Assembly: GCA_051362555.1 (NCBI GenBank)
Contig: CM120649.1
Coordinates: forward strand, 13,826,001 to 13,890,000
Length of the DNA: 64,000 nt
Direction: 5' to 3'
DNA from: Lingula anatina
Lineage: Eukaryota; Animalia; Brachiopoda
Shown here piece by piece: positions 12,201-23,526 of the stretch (positions within the stretch are counted from its first letter, which is position 1; each line of letters starts with the position of its first letter). Both the position numbers and the translations under genes were made by a program. The notes below the pieces were generated by a model. It was not told where the DNA came from. It made no database searches and saw only the letters and a list, made by a program, of their open reading frames with translations.

Positions 12201-15200
12201 AGGGTCGGGCACAAATAGCACGTTGTTGATATACAGTTTATCATAAACCATTACCGCTTTCTGACAAGCTCAGATTTCAGAATAAAAGCTATAAATGCCG
12301 TTTTTGTCATAAAACAGAATATATTATAATTCTGTGAGTTGTTCACAATGTTTTAATTGTGAAATATAGATCTAATATGAAAAGTTATTATCCCTTTAAG
12401 CAAACTTTCTTTTTATGCCATATTCCCTACTATAGATAGAGATGGGACACTTGAAATATAAGGAAAATTTTATTTGACCTAGTGGATGTGAATGCAACTA
12501 CTTGAACACCAAATAAAAGTAATAAAATAAAAATTGATAAGAAAAAAGGCTAAGAAATGAATTATCAATAAAAATGAATCAAACGACAGACACAACCAAA
12601 TTTTTTAAGGTTTGAAATTAACTTGGATAAGACGCATACTAACAATATAGAAAAACCATTAAAATGGATAAACCTTTCAACAGATACTCAAAATTTAAAC
12701 ACTGAAAATCTAACTAATAGATCCTTCTAACTTATAGATCCTTCAAAACAGATTTGAAAACAGAGACATATCTTCACTGTGCAATGCCGAGACCTTACCG
12801 CAGCGTTTTAGCTAAGTTGCGCTGTGGCAGTTTACCTTTACATGTAGAATCTGGCCGTTTCATACGAACCCCTTTAAATGAAAGACTATGTTTTTATTGC
12901 GATAGAAAAAATAACAGAAGATGAGATTCACTTTCTTTTAATATGTCCTTTTTATTCAGATTTATGACAAGAACTTTTAGATCAATGTCTCTATCTTAAT
13001 CCATGTTTTAGCAATTATAGTGATATAGAAAAATTTCATGTTTTTATTATGAATTGCATATATAAGTTTTTATTAGCTAAGACAGTTTTTAAAATGTTTA
13101 AAAGACAGAAATCTTTTAACTGTGTCTCATAAGCCAAAATATGGCTGGGTATTCTTTTAATTAGCAGTTTATTTTATACTGTTTTTTGTATTTTATGTTT
13201 TAAGAATATGCGACACTTTAATAAATAAATACTAATTTTGGGAAAATTAATAGGAAGAGTGTGCAGGTAATATGACCAATAATTTTTGGAAGGAAGTAGT
13301 GAAATATTTGGTAGAATTCTGTAGATCTTTGAATACCACTGACAATTATAGTGACAAGCTTAGACAATCACTCTGTAAAAATTCTATTATCAAAATAGAT
13401 GGAAAAGAATTTTTTTACAAAAGTTGATACATGAAAGGGATCAGAAGGGATCAAATTTGATGGTCATTATGCTGTTAAACATGTTACTTATGATATGCAA
13501 CCCTGTAAACACGTTTTAAGGAAAACCGTTAGGCCTGTTGTCATGAAACTCACAGGAGTAATCAATCAAAATGATAACGTGGTATTTTGAAGTAGAAAAA
13601 TTCAGGCACATTAGTAAAGTTGAGAAAGAAAGATTTAATGAGGAGTTAATGAGTAGTAGAGAGAATAATTTATATAATTTGTAACAATATTTGTGGGAAA
13701 ATAAAATACATCTAAAAAATTATTTAATGATCATTTATCATGACACTCAGCATTGTGAAGACACTATGTTTGTACAAGAAGAAGTCATATGAGACCAAAA
13801 CCCTTGCAAGAAAATTGTAAAATGCACAATTATATATAATCCATATGAGAAACATATTCATGTGAATAAACAATTTGGTGTTTATTATAATATAGATATA
13901 TGTGGTTTAAATTGTAATTTTAATTTATATTTAATTATATATTTAAATTAATAAATTTGATAATAGTTTCTCTTAAATGTCCCAATACTATTTAAAGATG
14001 ATAGGTGCAGATGAGAACTCATCTTAGTCAAAAATAGCAAGAAGCTTGAAGTCATAGAAAGACGTTTACCTTTGATACTATTAAACTTATGTTGGTAAAT
14101 GTATCATAAATCATTATTATTTAGCCTTTTTTAACATTTGATTTAGAATGGATGAAAAATCCTCAGTTTATCTTTTCATTGAATGAAATGAAATGAAATG
14201 TGTTTAACGTTTTTGTGATGAATACTTCTATAATCAGTTTACAAGTTTAAAGAAGTCATTTTTTTCAGAGTCACACTAGGTAACTCATTTAAACAAAAAA
14301 AACATATCTTTAATTTACAAATACATCCACCTCGAAATATTTTAGGAATGGTCCTCTTCCTATTGTCCAGTAGTAGGAGCCTTTTATATATAACGTACTT
14401 GCTCTTCACTATGACGTTTGATTGAATTAAGGTGACCACTGCCGCAACCCACCTGGCTGGGGAGCCAATGTAGTGAAATATGTGAGGGTTGAAAAGAAAA
14501 GAAATAGAAAATAAAGGTAGAAGTTAGTAGTCAGTACTCAGAGAGAGGACACTGTATACTGTTCTCTAGAAAGCAAAACATAACGTTACGTTAGATGTTT
14601 GTCTATGGTACGTTCACCTTCCTCCTTAACAATGGTAATGGAAATAGCAAGGGCTTCTCAATAGCAAGTGTAATAGCTTCTCAATGGTAATGGAATTAGC
14701 AAGGTGGGACATGTATAGTCCCAACTTATTTTGTCTACATATTTTGGGAAAGGATCTGTGTGAGATCTTTTTTCTCCTGGGGTAATCCCTTAATTGCCCA
14801 TTTATTTATAAAAGATCAAAACCAAATATAATGTATTCTAAAACTAGAAAAGCACTCTGAGAGCGCAGACCTCTTCCAAGGCAGCAAAGCCCCCCCCCCT
14901 CCCCCAATGCGGTTTTACCCCTAAATTTTCATTCTGTTATGATTTTTTTTTATTTTTGATTATTGATTGATTACCAATCCAGATCACCACCAAAAACTTA
15001 TCTGTCCTCTGGCCCACTTCTGGAAAACCGTTTTTATTTATATCATATTAAAATTTGGTAAAACAATATTTTGTGCAGCATTAGGGAAAAAAACAGTTTT
15101 TTTCATAACTATTTTTTAGTACAATAACTAAAAAATGTGAATTTTCTGTAACGGATGTATGTAGACCTGCACACCAAAAGCTTGTCAAAAATTATCAGCA

Positions 15201-18200
15201 CTCGTCCTTGAGGTTGACCTTTTATTGGAAACACCCTTATAGTATATTATGCACCAAGTGGTTTGAATTCTCATTGCTTACTTATACAGAACATTGTCAT
15301 TTTTTATCATTTTAGACCTTTGGAGGTGGGCACAGATGGCAACTGCTTCTACAGAGCCTTATCTCTGGGGCTTTATGGCACTCAAGAACACCACAAACAC
15401 CTAAGACTTCTCACAGCTTTGGAAATTCTCAGCTACAGGGACCATTATGATACTGAGTGTGTAGGATATAAAGGGGACTTGGACATCACACTGACAGAAC
15501 CCTATGCAGATGAAGTGAGGGCAGCCTGTAACCCAGGAAGCTGGTCTGGAATGACACAAATTTATGCTGCCAGTGCTGCACTGCAAATTGCCTTAAGGTA
15601 AATTTTTACTTCTTGTTGGGCAATATGGGTATATTATTTATACATATAAAGTCATGTTTATCCCACTGTCAAATCATTCATTAATCTTCAATTTTATTCT
15701 TTAGAAGAACCTAACTAGAAAGCAACAAGGAGATAAGTATTTATAAATAATTTATTCAGTGCTGAGAAATGTAGGAAACACAAACACTTTCAAACCACTC
15801 ACCCAAAAAACTTTTTGTGCTCAGAGTGACACTTCCAACTTAAGTATGGTTAGAATTAATATTTTTTCAGAAAAAAAATTAAAATGTAAGTTAGATATTG
15901 GAAAAACTTTTTTTTGAAATGAAATGTTTAGTATTGAACCTAGTATATTGAAAAATAAAATAAATTTAAAACTTTTTTTAAGTTACACATGTCACGTTAG
16001 AAGGAAATTATATTTGTGTGGGAATCAGCAGTCTTTACAATTCAGTATTGACAAAGGTTCCCATGTACTTTTTGTGGAAGGCATTCAAAGCAAAGTATGT
16101 AAAAAGTAAAAGTGAATCCTTGCCTTAAAAGATTGTTAAAGTAATACAGAGAATCATTCACAAGATAAACAGAAGACAAAAAGCAGCAAGTATATAGACA
16201 AAAAGCAGAAAAAAATAATGAAGTACTCTCAATTTTGATGCAATAAAACAGTCTAAATAAAATGTCAAAGATGCACAACAGCAATATTGTAAGGTAAAAA
16301 AAAATTAAGTATGTTTTGTTTTCATAACAGTGCACAAAGGGTCAATTTTGATGCAATATCACATAATGGTAAACAGCAAAATTACCACCAAATTTTAATT
16401 ATCAAATTAAAATAACATGGAAATTCAGAAAATTTGATTACCATTCAGTTTCCAAGTCCCCCATTGCAAAAATCCCCCCCCCCCCAAAAAAAATAATAAT
16501 TTGCCTGCTTTTCTAGGCTCCATTTAAATCGATATTCCCTTTTGTAGTGCAGAAACAGGTAACATGGTCACTATGGTAGCGATGGCCAAAATAGGTTTTT
16601 TTTAAATAAATTTTGATGCAATATTTCATAATGCTTAACAGTCTGATTACCACCAATTTTAGTTCTCAAATACAATAACATGTACATTCAGAAAATGTGA
16701 CTAGCAAATGGCTTAAAGCCATTTCAAGTTCAAAGTCACACCTTGAAAATGTCAACAAGAGATGACTGTACTGAAAAAAGTTTCCATTTTCAGCACATAA
16801 TATATAATAGAAAATGACCTGTTTGCTTTAATTTTCATATGATAAACTAACATAATTGCTGAGATGTGAAAATAGAACAATTATAAACACACGGACAGCT
16901 TGCTCTATTTTGAAATTCTAAACATAACAAAAGATTACTGATAACTGTATTGAAATATATGAGACTGTTTATATGACATAAATATGACACGATACTCATG
17001 AACAGTTTACCATATCAGTTTTACATAATCTAACTAACAATATTGTTGAGATGCAGAAAATGTCAAATTGAATACCTTCGTATATTATCTTCCTGAGCCT
17101 GTTAACATACCTAAGAATCAAAATTGAGGAAAATTTGTATGACTATAATCTCACGTGTATTGCTTGCAACATGGTTCCCAATGGCTTTTTAAAGGGCAAA
17201 TTTTTTGTCGAATTTTTGATTAATTATCATTGTTTTTTTGTAGGTCATATTGCCCGCCTGTATTGAATGAGCATTTTCTGAGCACCCCCCTAACGAGAAA
17301 AGTAGCTGGAAGAGGAGTCAGTAGCTCTGCTCTACCACAAGCCATCATGATGTGGACGAATACTAAGGTGCCCCACACTATGCCGGAATTCAGTCCAAAT
17401 CATTTCTCTCTTCTCTTGGAGATACATACCGAAGAATCACCAATAATAGATGTAGACATTAGCAGTGAACAGGAATCTGATCTAGACCAAGAATGTACCC
17501 TTAACAGCAGTGATATACCTGAAGAAGAAAACCTTGACACATTGTCGTGTGGAAAGAAGCTTACAGGGGGGAAATTTGTGACAGAAGCAGAAGCATTAGA
17601 AATACTTCATTCCGCAGAAGACATACTCACATGCATTCCCGATGGCAAAAAGGAAAACATAATGTTCAAAATAAATAACGAGAAAAACTTAGAGCGTCGT
17701 GCCGCTGGCCTTAGCAGTAAATTCATAGACGACTGTGGGGCTTGGGGTGGGACCCACTCACCCACAACTTTCAAAGCCAAGGTAGATTCTAAGTGGATAA
17801 CTGTCTTTAAAAAAGATGGATTGTTTTCTGTCTACAGACAGACAAATAAGAAAAGACATGCTATTCCCCTGGAACCCCAACCTTCCCAAGTACTTCAACT
17901 TCACAGATACTACACTACTTCTAAACGCAATCCAGAATACAAAAGAAGAGTAACATGGATTGAAGATAAGCAACCAGCCGTCGCCCTTGTTGAATACATT
18001 GGGACATACCCGGGCCCCAATAGTGTCCATGGTAATGCTAAATTCACAGTAAACCCCTATTGCCGCACATCAGACTACGTCATGGACTGCATTAGCGCTG
18101 AACGCGATACCAAACCACGTGAACTTTATGAAAAACTAGTCCGTGAAGCCGACTCAGAAAACAAAAGACCAGCTAATTTGAAGCAGATTGCTAATAAAAA

Positions 18201-19383
18201 GTGCTACGAAAGGAAAAAAGGTAGCTCCTCTACTTCTGGACCTTCTAATATGGCAAAAGACTTCATTAACTTACATAATTCTATTCATGAACATCCTTTT
18301 ATTCGTAGCATAAATCACAGTAAAAGCAAGTCCCCATGTGTTATGTTGTACACAGATGAGCAAATAGCCGACATCACACGATTCTGCTGCGCCAGTCCCA
18401 ACTCCAGCACTACAGTTTTGGGAGTGGACAAGACTTACAACTTGGGACACCTTCATGTGACTTCTTTGACATACAAACACCTGGGATTAATAAGAACAAA
18501 GACACAAGACCACCCCATATTTTTAGGACCTATTCTAATCCATGGACAATCAGACTGGAAGACTTTTGGAAACTTTTTTAATTCTATCGCAATGGAAATT
18601 CCTTTAAAAAATCCAAATTTAGTCATAGGAAGTGACGAAGAAAAAGCAATAAAGAAAGGTTCAAACTTTGGCTTTGGCAAAAACACTGATCACATTTCTT
18701 GTAATAGACACATAAAAAACAATGCCGTGAATTATTTGAAAGACAAAACGGGGGTCAACGAAAAAGAAAGAAATAAAATAATTTCAGCGATTTTTGGACA
18801 AAATGGACTAATATATTCTGATAATCAAGTCATTTTTGAAGAAAGGAACCAGACAGTACTCAGATATATTGAAAACTTACCTCAGTTTGAAAACCATTAC
18901 TTGGAGAATATCCTTCCCCTGTTGCAAGAAAACTTCAAAACAAAAGAAAGACACCAAGATGTACCCATAGCTTGGACAAACAATAATTGCGAATCAGTGA
19001 ATCATATTATCAAGATGAAAGTCAATTGGAAACCACAGGATACTATGACTCTGGTTAATTCACTCTATGAAATTGTCAAGGGGCAATATTTAGACATGGA
19101 AAGGGCTTTCATTGGGAGGGGGGAATTCCGATTGGACTCATATTTCCAGAGATTCAGTGTAGACAGGGGTGCATGGGCAAGCAAAAGTGCAGAGACAAGG
19201 AAAAAACACACTCAAAGGTTTTTAAATATGCCCAAAGGTAAGAGAAATATGGTTACTGCCTGTGGGTTGAATTTGATTGGGGGAACATGCAATGGGAAAA
19301 AGCCTAACCAACGAAAGAGAAAGAGAGCAGACAGAACAGTAACACTTCCAAGGGAGTCAACATGCAGCAAAAATATCATGTAG
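9217..19383 (+). CDS. 939-aa PHD finger + OTU/vertnin-like cysteine protease + MULE DDE transposase; exons 9217-9323, 9859-10003, 10324-10469, 15316-15597, 17244-19383
   Basis: All introns are GT-AG with phases 2,0,2,2; total 2820 nt, with no internal stop. PHD C4HC3: YPCSSC...IECSECKRWTHRLC...FICKSC. OTU: VGTDGNCFYRALS ... PNHF. MULE: LGVDKTYN, GSDEEKA, SCNRH, WTNNNCESVNH. C-terminal NLS KKPNQRKRKR. Confidence 0.9.
10700..12262 (-). mobile_element. Internally deleted non-LTR retrotransposon (CR1/L2-group-like) in intron 3 of the transposase gene
   Basis: ORF1 tail (KAVMVYDKLYINN, ~12260) and APE endonuclease motifs (LNVCGL, SGGI, GVVYIPP, GDFNAR) are joined directly to the post-RT region (MIYGELCRMPL; RFRTTNHRLPIETGRW...RLCNLC...GDEFHYVFRC). 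The RT core is absent. Confidence 0.88.
12690..13230 (+). mobile_element. Degenerate LINE 3' fragment
   Basis: Translates as RSVLAKLRCGSLPLHVESGRFIRTPLNERLCFYC..EDEIHF, with frameshifts and stops, followed by an AATAAA tail. Confidence 0.8.
14844..15005 (-). mobile_element. 3' part of a short Helitron/Helentron-type non-autonomous element
   Basis: Reverse complement of the 3' end of 54074-54367 (ctagaaaagcactc-gagagcgcagacctc). Confidence 0.75.
16150..16770 (-). mobile_element. Degenerate fragment of the 50745-53574 repeat family
   Basis: 'attaccaccaaatttt...aataacatggaaattcagaaaat' occurs twice and 'aaagtcacaccttgaa' once; both are reverse-complement matches to 51730-51880. Another fragment lies at ~13490-13570 on the plus strand. 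Confidence 0.6.
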
Positions 19384-19483
19384 GGGTCTTATCAGTGTTT
19401 TGGATGTAGACTTCAGATGTCTCTGAACTGCTTTATGACTTATGAAGGTTAATGACTTCAGAATTTGTCTTTCAGTGATTATA

Positions 19484-19533
<50 letters not shown>

Positions 19534-20194
19534 GGTTGCCTGAACTGAAGTTAATTGTGAAGACATTTTAGTAATTTTTGTCAGTCCAGACTCATACCTC
19601 AGCTTTATATTACATGAACTGAATATATGAGCTTTTAGTCTATTGACACCATGCAGATGTCTCTGAAGTGCTCCTGTTTCATGTCCTCAGTATATTTTTA
19701 TGTTAAAACTGATAGACATTTTCTGTACAATTTAAAGAAGCTTATTTACAGAGTATAATCACTGGTGAAGATTGTAGTAGTGTATAGTGGAGTCACTGTC
19801 AATAGAAAGATTTATAATATATTGTAACAACAGTTTTGTTTGCTCTGTACTTGTTACTTTTTAGTTGCCTGGGCTTTGGTTACTGATCTTAAGATGCCTA
19901 GGTCTAAGGTTTATTGTTCCGAAAAATCAATTGTATGCACCTCTGATGAACTTAACTTACTTTATTGTATACTGTATGCTTTATTCATGCATTAATTTGG
20001 TTTATCGAACCTTTAGCATAATGAACCTTTGGACTTTTGCTATATGGCCTCTTCGGTATTTATCGACTTAAAAGAAGTTTTTCATAGTTAAGAATATTTA
20101 TCTCCAGCAAATAAATTCATATGAAAGTAATTTCACATTGTTTGTTAGTCACAATGGGGTGTGCTAAGGCCCAATAGCTACCTACCATATTGAA

Positions 20195-20800
20195 AAATTG
20201 CAATCTGTCCAAAATGCTGCAGCACGACTTCTGACCAAAACCCCTCTCAGATCAAACATTTCACCCATTTTATTAGAACTACATTGGCTTCCTGTACGAC
20301 AGAGAATTGTTTTTAAATTACTGTTGTTTGTTTTTAAATTCACCAGAGGAGAATGCCCCTCATACTTTAACTCTACATGCTACATCCAAGTACACCTAGT
20401 CTCACCAGGTCTACCAGATCCACCTCCACTCCTTGTTTTATCAGAAATGATAATAAAAAAAAGCAACCAAAACCTACGGCCACAGGGCATTTTCAATTTC
20501 AGCACCAATTTTATGGAATCAATTACCCTCACACATTCAGACTATTGATAGCGTATTGATAGATTTAAAAACATTCTTATTTGCACAGTATTTTAATAAC
20601 ATTTTCTCATTTTATCAGAAAAAAACTTTTATTGTTCAGACCATTACTATTTTAACCAGCTTTAATTATTTTAATTGTTTTTTACCTTAGCTTTTATTAT
20701 ATATATGATTAGTTGCAATCTTGATAATTTTATCTGTAAACAGCACTGAGACACTAGTGTAGAGCGGTTTTAAGAAATAAATATTATTATTATTATTATT
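20195..20800 (+). mobile_element. L2/CR1-type LINE 3' remnant inside the MULE
   Basis: LQSVQNAAARLLTK...ISPILLELHWLPVRQRIVFKLL is the typical L2 C-terminus; (ATT)n tail at ~20781-20800. Confidence 0.85.
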
Positions 20801-22700
20801 AGCTACTGAACTAAACCTACTAACTGGCCCAAGCAAATAAGCCGAATCATTTGTCATAAATGTAGTTTAAAGATCTCAAAGAAAATTTTCTCTTAATTCA
20901 CCCGCTATGCAGTTAACTTAAGAACTGTTAAATAAATGCATTCTTACCTGCTCACAGAAATAATAAATACCATTTGACCACCAAAAGGGTGGCTAATGCA
21001 TTGTTATTGAATTTGTGCTGGCCAACACATAATATGACCTCCGTAAATAGCTATATGCACTCACCAATCTCCTTTAATGCGTGATTCATAAACTAATTGG
21101 CTATAAAGTAAATAAATCGTCCCTCACTGCATTTTGGCATAATTGAACAGATGTTATCCTAAGTCTCCTTAGGATTTAATTTTGAGCATGTTAGGTCGAC
21201 CATTCCATGGGTTTGAAAACCCCTAACCTAAAACCGCTGATTAAAGCTATATATATCCACAGTGCCGATCCACAGCTTCTTATAAAACCTAAGACAAAAA
21301 AATATATATATTCTGAAATGTACCCGATGTTGATACTACGATAGAAGCTGGGAGATGGATGCTGGTTACATTATTATGCCTGCATGACCAGAGTGGTTAT
21401 TAACTATAAATCATCCTAAATTATTGTGAAGATTCAATCCAAGTGCAGAGAGAGATTGTTACATTATTCCTAAGCATAAAATGTCCTCATTTCCCTGGGG
21501 AAAAAATCATTCTGTTGGGTAAGTGGAGTCACCCTTTAAATAAAGGCAATGGTAGAGTATGAACTTGCAGTGGTCCTGCGTCACCTTAAAATGTGTCTGT
21601 GATAGGATTCAAACTGTGGAACAGCTTTTATTTTTGTCCTATGACAGCTTGCATTTGCAAGGATTTTAGCTTGTAAAACATCTTTGGAAAATTAACTTGG
21701 ATCTTCTTGTTTAGCTTAAAGCAATAGATAATGACTTCAATTGTATATCAAAATCCAAGAAAATAATAAAATAAAATAATCATACCCCTGAGGTATTTGA
21801 GAAAACTAGTTGCTACCCTGATGTACATTGCGCACATGCATCATTCATCACTGCTGCTCTTAAATTTAATTTTTGTAGTGAGTGAAATATGAATTATGCA
21901 AATGATGAGTTTGTGACAAAAATTCATATAATTGTTAATAAGTTTTTACATTGTAGGGGAAATTTTGAATGTCAAATTTGATATCTGAATCCTCTCCAAT
22001 GCATTTTTAAAATATTGAAATACAACATCCATGTTATTGAGTACTGCTGGATTTTAAAAAGCTTATAAAAGCCAATTCTACAACTTAAACCCTCGTGCAA
22101 ACTGAAAATAAAAAGAATGATAAAAATCATCTTAAATATATGCATAAGCATTCACCAAAAACAAAATTAAAAAAGGCAGAAATTACCTGAGCAAAAATTA
22201 GAAAAACACATAAAACTTACACTTCAATTAGAAGTAAATTTAGCATTCATGTACATGCACATGAGTCTTCTGTTAATATGGGCTTATAAAGTGATTTGAA
22301 TAAAACTAATATAAATGAGATTACCCAAGGCTGCTAGTATCATTTTTTCCATGTTCATCTTAAATTGTAGAATTTATTAATGCAAACAGTCATACACCAG
22401 CCCATCTAAAATGTTCATTATATTATGTATTTTCATACAAATGAGAAAGAGAAAATCAATCCACTATTAATTGAAATTAATGCATTGAATGGATTCATTT
22501 AAAATCCAGTCTGATCAGCCGCTTGTTATGATAAATGTTAACAAAAAATATGAAAAAAAAAAAACCAGTATGATGAAACCAAAGTCATCTGACAAACCAA
22601 GCCAGTCTAAACAACACGAGTTCAGACATAAAAAACGAAGTAGAAACTCCCTAAACTTAGTACACAAAAATAAAATTTACATTAATTTATTAAGCTGATA

Positions 22701-22970
22701 AAGTCACAAAGTAAGTTCGAAACTAATGCCAAAGGACGCTGATAGCTCCACTTCAATATGGCGGAAGACCCGACCATTTTTATAGGTAAGGCTGATGATG
22801 GTACTGACAGCTAAAGCTAGGTAAAAGATTTTTATTATTTCGCTTTCATATGAACCTGTTTTAATGTTAAAGGCCTTTTCTGGTGTTTACTCACTCTCGC
22901 TTCCGTTTTTTCCAGTGTATTGCGCTGTGTTGCGCTGTATTGCGCAATGTTGCGCATTTCAGTGTGACCC
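22701..22970 (-). repeat. Right TIR of the MULE
   Basis: Inverted copy of 7253-7522. Confidence 0.95.
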
Positions 22971-23391
22971 TGATGCGTATCGTTTGATATGAATATATAA
23001 TGTAGCGGTGTAACCGACACATTTGTTTATTTATGACCTTATTCTCAGTTTTGATATCTCTTGTATATTTTTAGTACAGCAATTATTTGACAAACTTAAA
23101 TTATAGTACTAATGAATTAAGTATTACAGAATTTACAGACCACAGAAACCAAAAACTTCAAGCATTCCTTGTGTCTCATTGCCATCTATTTGGTTTCAAT
23201 GTGGGCTTCATTAGATGAAAATTTATTGATTTGTTTTTATTTATTCAATTTTCTTTTAACCATTTGTGTGAACCACTATTACACTTACTTTAATGCTACA
23301 CCAAGAGAAGTAGACATTTCACACTTTAAATTTTTGTATAATTTTTTTAATTTGTCATTAATTTTTTTATAACTTAGGCTAGATGTAAATC

Positions 23392-23478
23392 ATGGAAGGA
23401 ACTGTAACAACAGTAGGACTTAATGAGGAACCAGAGTGGTGCGAAGGTTGCCAGGCTCTACGTAGGGTGTGTTGTTTT

Positions 23479-23526
<48 letters not shown>

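Larger units (their letters stand above)
7253..22970 (+). mobile_element. Full-length Mutator/MULE superfamily DNA transposon (~15.7 kb including nested insertions)
   Basis: 270-bp TIRs at 7253-7522 and 22701-22970. Direct repeat TGATGCGTAT at 7243-7252 and 22971-22980, a 10-bp TSD within the 9-11 bp MULE range. Contains a MULE DDE transposase gene. Confidence 0.93.

Noticed and set aside
14330-14800. GC-richer patch possibly from an LTR or LINE 5' end
   Set aside because: No second copy, termini or translatable motif found.
17230-19383. 717-aa ORF as a stand-alone gene starting at 17230
   Set aside because: The TTG start lies in a polypyrimidine tract; this is the last exon (acceptor at 17243) of the 939-aa gene.
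22835-23020. 61-aa minus-strand ORF
   Set aside because: Lies in the TIR and flanking DNA; not independently supported.
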